Counted from the first letter of the whole stretch, positions 22,000-34,060 are shown. The stretch: DNA of 63,668 bases, filler included, from Chrysochromulina tobinii (GCA_001275005.1; 8 parts of 8 records of this genome joined end to end with filler, not necessarily neighbours in it); one strand, 5' to 3'. Translations and numbers: made by a program. The notes: generated from the letters alone by a model not told the origin.

Positions 22000-22099
22000 N
22001 NNNNNNNNNNNNNNNNNNNNNNNNNNNNNNNNNNNNNNNNNNNTTAATTAATTAANNNNNNNNNNNNNNNNNNNNNNNNNNNNNNNNNNNNNNNNNNNN
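22000..22099. other. Artificial contig spacer
   Basis: N44-TTAATTAATTAA-N44. Confidence 0.99.
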
Positions 22100-22439
22100 T
22101 CGAAGCCCGAACGGGCCGACCCGAGCGCGTCTGAAGCCACCAGGGAGCCCGGCAGCGACGCGCTCAAATGCGTTCCGCCCCTTAGAGAAAAAAAGGAGGT
22201 GTTCCAGAACTCGGCTTTTTCAGCTTTAGGTGTCCACAAGGTGGACGGCTTCAGACATTCGTTATGAATACCACGTGCTTGCGGTAATTTTCTAGGATGA
22301 GTTGATGGTGCACAAACGGCACCGCGGCGCGCGGCCCCACCGCACAGCTCGGCGGTCGCCGGCCCGCACACAGCGTGTACACTTAGCGTAGGACCACGCG
22401 TGCGACTGGTAGATCATGCATGAGCGAGTCTTCTTCAGT

Positions 22440-23732
22440 CTAGAGGACTTGATTAGGCACTGGCAGAGCCGGAGGAGTGAGCTGCGTGCCCGTCAGTGAC
22501 GGGCTTTTGGGTTTGCTTCGTTGAGCGCCTTTGCTCCGGAACACGCCACTCATCACGCTCTTCGGCTGGCGCACCTGCATCGCGACGTCGGCGGCGGCGA
22601 TGGGCGGTGGCACAGTCATCGAGTTGTCAACCTTCTTGCCGCCGTCCTCGGGGGAGACGCCGTTGGACGGGAAACTTGTGAACGTGTCGCGCCGTGTGAG
22701 TCCGGGGGAGCTCGGCGACACGGGCCGGGTCGACTCGGGAGAGGTTTCGTCATAGCGGGGGCTTTCTTCGGACATCCTCGGAGAAGGGGATTTCGCTGTA
22801 GCCGGCGGAGCACTGAGATTCAGACCGAGCGGCTTCTGCCCTGCGGACGCCATCTGCACCGCCAGCATCACCTTCACAGGGTCCTCCTCCTCCTCCTCCT
22901 CCTCCTCCTCGTCCTCCTCCTCGTCCTCCTCCTCGTCCTCCTCATCATCATCCTCACACATTTTGACGATCTCCTCTTTGGCCACGTCGTACAGCCCGTA
23001 CGCGAGCTTCTGCTCCTCCGTGAGCCGCTTGGGCGGCCGGCGTGGCCCGTCGAGCTCCGGCGGCTCCCTGCTCACCGAACCGTCGAGGCGGGCCCATATC
23101 TCGCCCTCGCCCTCGGACAACTTGTCATAATATTTGTCCCAATAGTTCGACTTGGGCAACTCGACCCCCGGAAGCGCGAAATCGGGAGTGTCCTTGATGC
23201 TATCGTCCTGAGCCGGCGCCGGCGCCGGCGCCGCCTCCTTCGCCGCCTCTGGCGCCGGTGCCTCGGCAATCACGACCATAGAGTTCGCACCGCCGAACCG
23301 CACGCTCTTTGGCGTCTTCGTCTTGCGCGAAGGAGCGTTCGAGTCATCCGGCGACGTCGGGATGCCGACGCCCGCGGCGCCTCTGATGCTGCCCTCCTCC
23401 ACAGCAGCAGGGTTGTCCTTCTCGGCCTTCTCCGCCTTCTCCATCCACTCCTTCTGGCACTGCCGGCGCTTGCACCAGAACACCATCAGGGCGGCGAGCA
23501 CAATGACCACGACCACGCCTCCAGCCACTCCGGCCGCTAGTGCCACGCTGCTGCTACTGCTGGCAAGGCTGGTGCTGACTCCAGGGATAAGTGGCGGCGC
23601 AGGCGGCATCGGCGGCGGAGGCCCTCGCGGCCGCGGCGGCGGTGGTAAAGGAGGTGGCAACGCAGGCGGCATCGGCGGCGCTGCAGGCAATGGCGGCTGA
23701 GAAGGCGGCGGCCGAGGCGGCCCAGGCGGATG

Positions 23733-23788
<56 letters not shown>

Positions 23789-24428
23789 GCGATTGCGGTG
23801 ATGGTGGTCGGGCGATCGCCGGTGGCGGTGCTTCTGGCGGATCTGATGGCGGCGCTGCTGGTGGTCTCGGTGGTTGTGGCGGTGATTGTGGCGGTGATGG
23901 TGGTGTTCTCGGTGGCACTGGAGAGTTCATCAAGACCCCTGGAGCTGCTGGCGAGGGCGAGGGCGGAGGGGGGGTGGGTCGGTGGGCGGTGGCGGCGGCG
24001 GCGGCGGCGGCGGCGGGCCGCGAGGGGAAGGAGGCGGCGGTGATCTTGGAGGGGGTCTGTGGTGGCGGTGGCGGTGCTGGCGGCGGTAGTGTCGGCGGCA
24101 CTGCTGGCGGGTTCGGTGGCACCAACGGCGGTGGTAAAGGAGGTGGCAACGCAGGCGGCAACGCAGGCGGCATCGGCGGCGCTGCAGGAATTGGCGGCTG
24201 AGAAGGCGGCCGCCGAGGCGGCCGAGGCGGCGGCGGCGGCGGAGGTGGAGAGTTCATCAACACCCCTGGCGCTGCTGGCGGCGGCGCTGCTGGCGGCGGC
24301 GCTGCTGGCGGCGGCGCTGCTGGCGGCGGCGCTGCTGGCGGCGGTGGTGTCGCAGCAGTCGGCGGCACTGCTGGCGGGTTCGGTGGCACCAACGGCGATG
24401 GTGGCGCCGACGGCCGCGGAGCGGACAT
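22440..24428 (-). CDS. Proline-rich single-pass membrane protein with acidic cytoplasmic tract
   Basis: 662-aa ORF with an internally duplicated poly-Pro region, a TM segment (VALAAGVAGGVVVVIVLAALMVFW-CKRR) and a poly-D/E run. Confidence 0.6.
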
Positions 24429-24611
24429 CGTTTTGGGACGTGTGGACGAAATTCAAATCTGTTCAGATTTCCATTCCTTCTACATGTACAAAGACTGTCC
24501 GCGATACGGATGGTCATTTTGTAAGTTTCATGTTACAAAAGTATCTTCCAAGCCCCGCGCTCGGGCACACTCCCTCACAATACGCCACTCTCTCGGAATG
24601 CTGATGGCGTC

Positions 24612-25658
24612 ATGACCTCAACATTCGCGCGCTACGCCATCGTAACAGGCGCGAACGCCCCAGGAATAGGCTTTCGCACCGCCCAGATCTTGGCCAGCCC
24701 ACCACATCGCTTCCGCGTTGTGCTGGCGTGCCGGGACGAGGCCAAGGGCCTTGCTGCACAGCACGCCATCAGCTCGGCGGACCCGGAGGCGTGGGCGCAA
24801 TACGTACACCTCGATCTCGCCCATCTCGAGTCGGTCCGGCTCTTTGCAGACGCCTTCCGCGCGCTGGATGGCGGGGCTCCTGTCAAGAACGGCCTCTCCC
24901 TACTGGTGTGCAACGCCGCAGTGGGCTTCGGACGCGACAATGAGCGCAAAGTGACGGCAGATGGCTTTGAGCGCGCCATGGGCACGAACCACCTCGGCCA
25001 CTTTTTGCTGGTCAACCTGCTTTTGCCCGACCTGCTTCTCCCCGAGGCAGGCGCGCGCGTCGTCGTCGTCGGTTCAAGCCTGCACGACCCCAAGAGTAGC
25101 GGCGGCGGTACGAGCAAGAAGCCGACAACGCTAGGCGACCTCGACGACCTGATGCTCGAGCGGCCCGGCGCGTACGAAGTCGGGTATGCCTACCGGCGCT
25201 CCAAGTTGGCCAACATGCTCTTCGCGTGCGAGTTGCACCGGCGTCTCAAGGCCGCCAGGTGCAACTCGGTGAACGTGAGGGCGCTCGAGCCAGGCTTCAT
25301 CCCACAGACGGCCCTCGGGCGCGAGGCGGGGGCGCTGGGCATGTTCTTCATGCAATGGGTCTTGGACGGCGTGCTCAAGTGGGTCGGTCTCGTCAACTTC
25401 ACGAGGACGATCGAGGAGGGGGCAACTTGTGAGGTGCTCGTCTCCACTGCGCCGGACGCCGCGGAGGGCGGCTACCACCGACTGAGTCGTCACGGGCCGT
25501 TCCTCGAGCTCATCCAGCCAAGCGAGGAGGCGCGAAACGAGAACCTGGCGAGGCGATTGTGGGAGATGAGCGCGAAGCTCACAGGCTGCGACGAGACCTC
25601 GTTGGCCATTGCAGGCGGCGCCACGCCCTCGACGCCACGGATGGCCGATGATAAATGA
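24612..25658 (+). CDS. Short-chain dehydrogenase/reductase (retinol-DH / protochlorophyllide-reductase-like subgroup)
   Basis: IVTGANAPGIG, LVCNAAV, TADGFE..MGTNHLGHFLL, YRRSK catalytic YxxxK, ARRLWEMSAKL. Confidence 0.9.
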   Translation: MTSTFARYAIVTGANAPGIGFRTAQILASPPHRFRVVLACRDEAKGLAAQHAISSADPEAWAQYVHLDLAHLESVRLFADAFRALDGGAPVKNGLSLLVCNAAVGFGRDNERKVTADGFERAMGTNHLGHFLLVNLLLPDLLLPEAGARVVVVGSSLHDPKSSGGGTSKKPTTLGDLDDLMLERPGAYEVGYAYRRSKLANMLFACELHRRLKAARCNSVNVRALEPGFIPQTALGREAGALGMFFMQWVLDGVLKWVGLVNFTRTIEEGATCEVLVSTAPDAAEGGYHRLSRHGPFLELIQPSEEARNENLARRLWEMSAKLTGCDETSLAIAGGATPSTPRMADDK

Positions 25659-25842
25659 TGGGCGCGCACGACGTTCGAATTAATCAAAAGGAAACGGGGC
25701 AGCAGTGCAAAATGATCTTCGTCTTCGATGGCGTTCGCATGAACACGTTCCCCCCGCTCGCGCCGGTGCGCTGCCGGGCGGTGCGCGGCGGTGTGGCGCG
25801 GCCGCGCGGCGCGGCGCCGTCGCTTGGCGCGTTCCGGTTGCG

Positions 25843-25930
25843 GTTGCGCGTAGTTGCGCGTAGTTGCGCGTAGTTGCGCGTAGTTGCGCGTAGTTGCGCG
25901 TAGTTGCGCGTAGTTGCGCGTAGTTGCGCG
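25843..25930. repeat. Intergenic decamer tandem repeat (GTAGTTGCGC)n
   Basis: About 8 perfect units between convergent genes. Confidence 0.95.
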
Positions 25931-26136
25931 TCTAGCTTCTACTCTCTACTATCGGTACGGTACGGTGCAAAACCTGTTAGTATTACACGATTCAGCGCGG
26001 GCGGGCGAGGGGCGGCGCCGCACGTCACTCGGCGCGCGCAGCACACTGCACAGCGCTGTCTGGTATCTGGAGGACGGGAGCCGAGCTCAACACCACACCC
26101 AAAAATCTCCACCACCCCCTTTTGCCTTCGAGTGCT

Positions 26137-29002
26137 TCACTTTGCACCCTTGCGCGAGGAGCGTGCGCGGCCAAGTCGCTCCTCGACGAGTCTCTGCACG
26201 CGATCTTCGCTAGCGGCTGCGCTGCGGATCGCGGCTTGGGCGCGCGCAGACGTCTGGCGCGCCAAGTTCTGAGGCGGGCCGGGGATGCGCGACTGCCGCG
26301 AGCCGGTCGCGTCCGACGTGGCCGAGTCGCTCGTGCCCGCCTGGCCGCAGTAGAGGCTCGTGCTGTGAGGCGACTCGATAGGCATGCGCACGTACGGCCG
26401 ATCGCTCGCGCTGCGCCACTCGTGCGCCGCGGCTGCGGTGCTAGCATCCTCAACAAAGAGTGGCGCGATGTCCACAACGCTCCACGCGCTGGGCCGCGGC
26501 TCCTCGAGCTCATCGCCGGCTCCGCCAGCGTAGCCGCCGCCGCCATGGGCGGTGCGGGCGCCGATGGCCTCATACTCTTGTAGCAGCGTCGGGTATCGTG
26601 GGCTCTGCTGCGGCGGCATCGGCGCGGGTGGCACGGCGTAGCCGAAGCTGTTGGTTTGCGACAGCTCACGCGGGGCACTGCGAGCGCACTGCGAGTCGCT
26701 CGGCACGACGCTGTCCAGGCGTGCGCGCTGCGGCGGCGGCTCATGCATCGAGCCTACGCGCATCTTACCAGCGGCAGCACCGCCGTACTCGGTGGTGTCT
26801 TTGAGGGCGGCATCGCGCAGGATGTGATGGCTCTCGCGTGCCAAGCCACATGAGGCACATGAGGGCGTGCGCGGCGGCGGCGGCGCCGAAGGCCAAGGCG
26901 GGAAGGGCGCCCGAGGAGGCGAGGGCGCGCGCGGAGCTGAGCGCGGACCCCGCAGCGGCGAGGCGCGCGGCGGCAGGGCGGTGGGCCACTTGGAATCTGT
27001 CAGCTCGGCATCGAGGGAGCGCTCGGGAGAGGGCTCGGGAGAGGGCTCGGGCGAGGGCAGAGGCATCCATTCGCCGTCGGCCTCGGCGGGCGCCGCGGCT
27101 GTGCTTCCGTCGTCCGTTTCAGGGTCGTCGAAGCGCCCAGACGAGGGCGACGCGCCACTCCTCGGCGGCATCCGAGGCGTGCCGAGGAATAGTGGAGGCT
27201 CGCGCGGCGGCCCGGCCTCTTCATATCCTCCGCCATGTGGCGCCGGGTAGTAATAGTCCTCCTCGTGCGGGTGGTCCTCGTGTGGGTGGTCTTTGCCGCC
27301 CTTGGGCATGGCCTTGCCATGGGGCGTGTCCGCGCGCCTCTTGCCCGAGCTGCGCAGAGCCATGGCTGCCTGGCGCTGCGCCTCGAGTACGCGCTCTCGC
27401 TCAAGTCGCTGCGCGGCCTCGTGGCGTGCCAACTCCATGCGCTCCTCCACCACACGCCGGGGCAACAAGTGCAGCTCGATGCGCCGCGCCTCGGCTGCTT
27501 GCTTCTCGGCCTCGACGCGTGCAGACTCTTCCCGTCCTGCCTTGAGGCGCTGCGCGTGCGCCTGAGCCGCGGCCGCCATGCGCGTGATGCGCGCATCACG
27601 CTCCTCCCTCGTCTCCCTTTTCGCGGCCGTCGGCGGCCCATCCAGCAGGTCGATAGCCTTGGGCCGTTCTTTTCGTGGGCTCGACGCCTTCGCAGGCTCG
27701 AGGTACTTGGAGGTGACGTGGGCCAACTTCGGGTTCCGGCCGGGGCTCGGGCTTCGGCTGCGGTCCGGGCTCGAGCTGCGACCCGGGCTCGACGGGCGTC
27801 CCGGGCTTGACGGGCGTCCCGGGCTCGATGGTTTGCGTGCCGCCTCCATGCGCGCGACGTGCTGTTGCAGTGGGTCGCGGATGGCATGCCACAGCTCATT
27901 GATCTGGACAAAACCATCGCCGTCCTCGTCGAACGATTCGAAGAGCCTATCGACCTCGTGCAAGGGGACATCAACGATCCCGAGCATGGCGACCGCCCTG
28001 CGGAACTCCTCCTTTCCCCCTTTTCCGTCACCATTCAAGTCCCACTGACGGAAGAGGTCGAGCACCTTGCTGTGGCTGGCAGACAGAGCGCTCTTGACCT
28101 TTTGCTGGAGAGCAACCTGCTTCATGCGCTCGATTTTCTCGGCGTCTGACTCTCGAATGCGTGGCGTGCCCACGTCCACCGGACCGGGCTTCCGCCAGAC
28201 GGCCCGCTGGATCTCACTGGCGATCCGCGCCTCGGGCTTCCGCCAGATCATCTTCTGGAGCTCATCGATCTGAAGATGGCCATCGCCGCTCTTGTCGAAC
28301 ACGTCGAAGAGTAGGTCGATCTCGTGCGCGGGAACCTCGATCCCGAGCGCGGCGATCACCCTGCGAAACTCCTCCTTTCCCACAGTGCCGTCAGCCTTCA
28401 CGTCCCCGTGACGGAAGAGCTTGTTCGCGCTCCCCCGTTGACGGAAGAGGTCAAGCACCTTCGCGTGATTGGCCTGCAGTGCGCTCTTCATCTGCTGCTG
28501 GATGTGGTTGACAGCGGTGCGAGCAGAGGTACCGGTGGCAGCAATGCCACGGAAAGCAGATGCGCGGGCGCCCGCGATCGACGCGTCGCCGGCGGGCGCA
28601 CCATCGGTGTTGAGGGCACGCTGCTCACCACGGCGCTCATCGGTGTTGAGGACACGCTGCTCAGCACGGCGCTCAGCAGGCGACACGAGCGCCGCCTCGA
28701 GCGCCGCCTCGGCACGCAGCTTGTCGCGCAGCCGCGCGCGCTCATCCTCGCTGGTGACGCCGTCGCTCAACCCTCTGGCAGCCGAAAACCTCTGGCTGTC
28801 CTCAAATGCCGCCTGGCTGTCTTCAAAGTCCGCCTGGCTCGTCGCATCGCCACTAGGGCTCGGGGCCCAAGCGCCTGGGCTTGCGCGGGGACTGGGACTG
28901 ACCGCCGGCCTTCGAGATGAAGACTCCCATCGAGTTTCGTCAGCCCTCGAGCCTCGAGTTTCGTCAGCCCTCGAGCCTCGAGTTTCGTCAGCCCGAGCAC
29001 TT
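26137..29002 (-). CDS. EF-hand calcium-binding protein with long low-complexity C-terminus, 5'-partial
   Basis: Two duplicated EF-hand pairs (DLFRQ..DVKADGTVGKEEF / FDKSGDGHLQIDEL; WDLNGDGKGGKEEF / FDEDGDGFVQINEL). Frame stays open to the spacer. Confidence 0.78.
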
Positions 29003-29102
29003 NNNNNNNNNNNNNNNNNNNNNNNNNNNNNNNNNNNNNNNNNNNNTTAATTAATTAANNNNNNNNNNNNNNNNNNNNNNNNNNNNNNNNNNNNNNNNNN
29101 NN
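29003..29102. other. Artificial contig spacer
   Basis: N44-TTAATTAATTAA-N44. Confidence 0.99.
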
Positions 29103-29383
29103 ATTGTGACGAGCTCTTCTGCATTTATGACTTCCATGATGTTATGGTTCAAATCCATGATTTCTCACTAAGACCCAATTGCTGATGCCCCCCAAATTCG
29201 ATAACAAACCCCCCGTCACCCATATTTCCCCACTTGGCCCGGCGCGGGCGCCGGGCGACCTCACGCGGATTTGGGGCCTCCATTCACAACTAGTAAGAAA
29301 TGCTCCTCGAACATCAACACGGATTGAGAACGCGGGTCGCCCGTCAGCGGAGGGTGCTCCTCAGCTCTCACATTCGATAGGGT

Positions 29384-29473
29384 GGCGTGATCGTCGTGTC
29401 GGCGTGATCGTCGTGTCGGCGTGAGCGTCGTGTCGGCCTAAGCGTCGTGTCTGTGTGAGCGTCGTGTCGGCGT
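29384..29473. repeat. 17-bp minisatellite (GGCGTGATCGTCGTGTC)x~5
   Basis: Units start at 29384, 29401, 29418, 29435 and 29452. Confidence 0.9.
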
Positions 29474-29540
29474 CATGGGCTCCTCGTCTCTCACAGTCTC
29501 AACCCCACAACTTCAGCATCAGCATGGCTGCTCTCGCCTT

Positions 29541-32267
29541 TCAGCGCACATTCTCGCGCGCCTGCGTCACGTCACCCAGGGCCAGGCGTGCATGCTTGGC
29601 CGGCACTGGTGTACCTCGGCCATCATCCTTCATCGCGGGGCTCATCAGCCAACTGTCCTCCGCATCGCCATCGGTCATCTCGGAAGAAACCTGGCCATCG
29701 AGCGCGGCTAGTCGCAGCTGCTTGCAAAGCCATCCCTGTGCCATGGTGACCGGCGATCGACTGTCCTTGGGCGACCGCAGCACCGGAGACCTCGAGGTGC
29801 GATTGGGAGGACACGTGGCGGTGGGCGTCGTCGCGGCGCCCTGGAGGCTTCGTTGGGGAGGGAGCGCCTCTGCACCGCCCCCCAAGCGCCGGACGACGGG
29901 CCGCAGCGTCGCAAAGCGCTCCCATCGCCTACAAAGCGGGCTCTGCGGCGTGGGGGCGGCGTGGGTGCCTCCGCGCCTATGCAACCCCGCGGCCGCTGCG
30001 CGCTGCTCGAGAGGCGAGACCAATTGATCCCATGCGATCGCCTTCTGCATGGCGAGCTGCGCCGCCTCCAGTGCGACACTCGAGACTCCCGGCGCAGCTG
30101 GCTTTGGCGGAGCAGGGTCTTCTTGGCACAAGCGCTCGTGGGATGAGGCCGAGCGTGAGGCCGGTGGCTTCTGGAGTGCTCGTCGCTCCGCCGAGAGGGA
30201 GAGATTCTCGTCGAGCGAGTCCACGTCGAGGGACTCTGTTGGGTCGAGGAGCTCGTTGAGCCGCGTCGGAGAGGTCAAGTTGAGCACGGTTGGCACCTTG
30301 GGCGGCATCGACACCGTCCCCAAGGGCAGCAGCTCGGGCGGCAGCTCCTCCTCATCCCGCATGCCGCAGACCGCAATCTCGGGAAGGATCTCGCCTAAAA
30401 TCTCGGGCGGCAGCTCCTCGACGTCACGCAGGCCGTAGACCATCATCTTCTCGAGCCACCGCAGCTGTGCGTCGCGGGTGGGCGATCGTCCGCCTCTGTT
30501 CGCGAAGATGCTGCAGTCGCTGGCGTCGCTGCCAGACGAGAAGACGCCGCCGCGGGCAGCCCTGTGTGCAAGGCGCTCGTTCGTCCTGCACGCCCTCGAG
30601 TTGGGGCTCAGGGCTGCCCGCGGCGGCGTCTCCATGTTTGGCACCAACGGCAGCGACGGCAGCGACGGCAGCGAGGGCAGCGAGGGCAGCGAGGGCAGCG
30701 ACGGCGCGAACACCGGCGGCCGGCCATGCTGCTCGCGACGCTTGCGCGGCGGCGGTGTCGGCACCACCACAGGCACGACCATCGTCTGGCGCCTCTGCCG
30801 CGGTGGCGGTGTCGGCTTGTGCACTGTTGCGCGGTGCACCACTTGCACTGCAGCCAGGGGCTCGTCTGCCATGGTGCCGAGCGCCGTGCCGAGCGGGAAG
30901 GAGTGGTGCAGCTCGGCCTCTCTGGAATGGCGCGAGAGCAGCTTGCGCCGTGTCGAGCGCCGTGCCATCTCCACGCGTGCCTTCACCCTCGTCATCGCCT
31001 CGGCGTCCTCACGAGCGCCGTACTGGGCGTCGCCCTCGCCCGTCGAGAGCGCCGTATTGGGCGTCGCCCTCACCCGTCGGGACCGAGCGCCGTACTGGGC
31101 GTACCCCGCGTCCGTCGGGATCGAGCGCGGCAGCGTGTGCGCACCCGTGCCCGTCGCCCGACCAGGCAGGGCGAGCGCCATCTTGATCGCCGCCGCGGAG
31201 GTCGCCCCATCCGCACCCAGCGTGTCGCCTGCTCGGGCGGCGAGGGCTGCAGCATTTGCCGCGGGCATCGCGACGGCATGGGCCCAGTCACGGAGCCTCT
31301 GCAATGCCGGAGACAGCAGCGGCCCAGCTCCGGGGCTCTGGGCGCAAGCAGCAGGTGAGCTCTCGGCGCGAGCAGCAGGTGAGACGCATGCAGTGACGAA
31401 ACTCCGGTTTGACGAAGCTCCGGAGCCCTCGGCGCTAGCAGCAGGTGAGACGCAGGGCGAGGGCGTGGCGGCAGCATGGGCCCAGCCGCGAAGCCGTTGC
31501 AGCGCCGGAGTCTCTGCAGCTGCAGCTGCGAAGCTTTCGCATTCGAACGTGCTTCCACAGGCGAGGGTGCTTCCACAGGCGAGCGGGCTTCCACAGGCGA
31601 GCGGGCTTCCACAGGCGAGCGGGCTTCCACAGGCGAGCGGGCTTCCAAAGGCGAGCGTCCTTCCACAGGCGAGCGAGCTTCCACAGGCGAGCGGGCTGCC
31701 CGAGGCCGATACGCCGCCGACGCCGACGCCGACGTGGGCGCACGTCGGCCTCGCTGGAGAGCTACAAGGCGTGGGCACCGCCGTCGTGGGCACCTCGTCG
31801 CACGGGAAGGTCGTGGGCCGATGCATGCGTCGCATGGAGGGAAGGTCGTTACACCCAAGGTCGCGCGGGAAGGTCATGAGCGCTGTCCTGAGCATGGACG
31901 GGCGCGCGTGAACGGCAGAGTCCTGAACGGCAGTGTCCTGAGCCAGAGTGACGGCTGGCAGCGTCAGAGCCTGGGGAGGCCGACTCCACCTCCCCCCGCT
32001 CTCGGCCGGTATCGGCTCGGCCGACTCCAGCTCCGACTCTGACCCTGCGGCCCTTTTCGCCAGAGCGTGGCTGCGACGAAGCCAGCGCCAGCCGAGGGCG
32101 CTGGATGCAAGTTGTGGTGGCGACGGCGATGGTGGGGGTGGCAACGGAGGTGGAGGCGGCCAGCCATGGGACGCTGCTGCCGCGCTGATGAACTTGATCC
32201 ACATCACGGGTGATTCCCAGCGAGGCTCCAGACGAAGCAGCTGTGCGGCAAAGGATGGAGAGGGCAC
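29541..32267 (-). CDS. Low-complexity hypothetical protein with (ACGSPL)n and (PSL)n repeats
   Basis: 908-aa open frame with no recognisable domain; true start and 3' exon structure uncertain. Confidence 0.45.
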   Translation of the reverse strand: MPSPSFAAQLLRLEPRWESPVMWIKFISAAAASHGWPPPPPLPPPPSPSPPQLASSALGWRWLRRSHALAKRAAGSESELESAEPIPAESGGRWSRPPQALTLPAVTLAQDTAVQDSAVHARPSMLRTALMTFPRDLGCNDLPSMRRMHRPTTFPCDEVPTTAVPTPCSSPARPTCAHVGVGVGGVSASGSPLACGSSLACGRTLAFGSPLACGSPLACGSPLACGSPLACGSTLACGSTFECESFAAAAAETPALQRLRGWAHAAATPSPCVSPAASAEGSGASSNRSFVTACVSPAARAESSPAACAQSPGAGPLLSPALQRLRDWAHAVAMPAANAAALAARAGDTLGADGATSAAAIKMALALPGRATGTGAHTLPRSIPTDAGYAQYGARSRRVRATPNTALSTGEGDAQYGAREDAEAMTRVKARVEMARRSTRRKLLSRHSREAELHHSFPLGTALGTMADEPLAAVQVVHRATVHKPTPPPRQRRQTMVVPVVVPTPPPRKRREQHGRPPVFAPSLPSLPSLPSLPSLPSLPLVPNMETPPRAALSPNSRACRTNERLAHRAARGGVFSSGSDASDCSIFANRGGRSPTRDAQLRWLEKMMVYGLRDVEELPPEILGEILPEIAVCGMRDEEELPPELLPLGTVSMPPKVPTVLNLTSPTRLNELLDPTESLDVDSLDENLSLSAERRALQKPPASRSASSHERLCQEDPAPPKPAAPGVSSVALEAAQLAMQKAIAWDQLVSPLEQRAAAAGLHRRGGTHAAPTPQSPLCRRWERFATLRPVVRRLGGGAEALPPQRSLQGAATTPTATCPPNRTSRSPVLRSPKDSRSPVTMAQGWLCKQLRLAALDGQVSSEMTDGDAEDSWLMSPAMKDDGRGTPVPAKHARLALGDVTQARENVR
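31551..31698 (-). repeat. 18-bp coding minisatellite (GCTTCCACAGGCGAGCGG)x~8
   Basis: Encodes LACGSP repeats on the - strand. Confidence 0.9.
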
Positions 32268-32709
32268 GGCAGGTGGTCAGGGCAGGTGGTCGCAGAGAGA
32301 GAGCGCGCCGGTTGTGGACTATTCATAATTGCTTTGTGGACTATTCATAAGATGATGAAGCTGCATGCAGCCCCCTGTACCCTGTTCCCTGCCTGAAAAC
32401 ATTGGCAGGGGGTCCTGCCAATGTGTAGGTAGCAAAAATGTGACAAAGTTCTCTCTGCCTGAAAACCTCTCTGTGGACGCCGGCGGTCGCACTGTATGAT
32501 TCCGATGCCGGGCGCCGGACTCACTCGCGCGGACACTCGCTCGGGGGAGGGAGCGTCAAGGTTGTGTGTTTCACAGCAGCAGCAGCCCCCATTCACAATA
32601 CTGAGAAAGGGTACAGTAGTTTTGTTGCGAGAGTTCGAGAGTAGCTCCTCAGATCCCCCACAGGCGATCTAGAGGGAAGAAGTGGGCGAAGACCGCTTAC
32701 ACTAGCTTT

Positions 32710-32809
32710 NNNNNNNNNNNNNNNNNNNNNNNNNNNNNNNNNNNNNNNNNNNNTTAATTAATTAANNNNNNNNNNNNNNNNNNNNNNNNNNNNNNNNNNN
32801 NNNNNNNNN
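32710..32809. other. Artificial contig spacer
   Basis: N44-TTAATTAATTAA-N44. Confidence 0.99.
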
Positions 32810-34060
32810 CCAAAGTCAACGGCCCCTCCGCCGCTGGCGCCACCGTCCGCACCCTCGCCACCGCGGCCTTCGCCACCGCCGCCGCCGATGCACCCCCTCT
32901 CGTCGCCCCCGCCAAGTTCGATGCCGCCGCCCCAAGGCGCCACATTACACACGCATGCCTACTCTGCAGCCACGGGATGGAAGGCCACCGCTCTCCAAGG
33001 CGAGATGGGTCGATTCGCTTGCCTGCTCTCGAGGGCCTTCTTTGCGATTGCTGGCCTCGTCGCAAGGTTGGTGGGGCTGCTAAGAGCACTGCGTTGGAGC
33101 ACGATGCAAGACGCGACGCAAGGAGCACGTGGGAGTCGGCGAGGAAGGTCGCAGCCGGGTTGTGCTCGATGGAGAGTCTGGCTGGCTATCCTTTTCAGCT
33201 TCGACAGGATGGCGAGCGTTGAATGCCAAACGACATCGCCATTCGTTTACATATCAACCGTCGGCTCGTGGGCGGCTGGGCGCGCCGCGTGCCAGTCTCT
33301 CGGCGGCGATCTCGCAAGCATCCACAGCGCCGCGGAGAATGCCGCTGTGTTGGTCGTCATCCCTCAATCCGCCTCTGCCTGGATCGGTGCGACTGACGCG
33401 GTAAGCGAGGGCACCTGGAGGTGGTCCGACGGCACTCCGTGGGACTACTCCAACTGGGGCCCCGGTGAGCCAAACGATCAGGGTGATGAGGATTGTGGCG
33501 CCATTTGGGTGGAGCACCCCTCACGCGCATGGAATGATGCGCATTGTATAAGGAGCGATGGCGTCGTATGCCGCGCGTCGCCGCCGCCATCTCCTCCTCG
33601 CCCTCCATTTTCGCCGCCGCCGCCCTCCCCCCAGCCGCCCGAACCATCACCGCCTCCGCCACCCTCGCCTCCACCGCCGCCACCGCCATCGCCCGATCCG
33701 AGCCCGCCGCCGCCGCCCTCGCCCTTCCTGCCACCGCCGTCGCCGCCGTCGCCGCCGTCGCTGCCGCCGGCTTCTCCGTGCGCCGTCGGCGGCGCATACA
33801 CCTTCACCGGGGCGGCGACCTCCTACTTGACGGCCACGTCGCGCACCGGACTCGTCGGCGGGGGGCTTGGGTTCACGCTCTGCGCGTGGGTCTACCGCAC
33901 GCGGATAGGCTCTTCGGGGGATCGCGTGATTGATTTTGGGAACGGTCCTTACGATGCCATCGTCGTGCATTTTTGGTCTTCTATGGGGTTCGATGTGAAC
34001 GGCCAATCAATCTCGCTGTTGCCGCCCTCGCTGCCGCCGCTCACGCCGCTGCCGCCCTAG
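32810..34060 (+). CDS. C-type lectin domain protein with Pro stalk and truncated LamG-like domain
   Basis: SWAAGRAACQSLGGDLASIHS..EN, WIGATD..SEGTWRWSDG, EPN, EDC and WND motifs, then FTLCAWVY....RVIDFGNG, which ends abruptly. Confidence 0.78.
   Translation, partial: PKSTAPPPLAPPSAPSPPRPSPPPPPMHPLSSPPPSSMPPPQGATLHTHAYSAATGWKATALQGEMGRFACLLSRAFFAIAGLVARLVGLLRALRWSTMQDATQGARGSRRGRSQPGCARWRVWLAILFSFDRMASVECQTTSPFVYISTVGSWAAGRAACQSLGGDLASIHSAAENAAVLVVIPQSASAWIGATDAVSEGTWRWSDGTPWDYSNWGPGEPNDQGDEDCGAIWVEHPSRAWNDAHCIRSDGVVCRASPPPSPPRPPFSPPPPSPQPPEPSPPPPPSPPPPPPPSPDPSPPPPPSPFLPPPSPPSPPSLPPASPCAVGGAYTFTGAATSYLTATSRTGLVGGGLGFTLCAWVYRTRIGSSGDRVIDFGNGPYDAIVVHFWSSMGFDVNGQSISLLPPSLPPLTPLPP

Noticed and set aside
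22521..31911. Long antisense or alternate-frame ORFs (e.g. 22521-23540, 30478-31911, 27000-28034)
   Set aside because: Shadow ORFs expected in high-GC, low-complexity coding DNA; no motifs.
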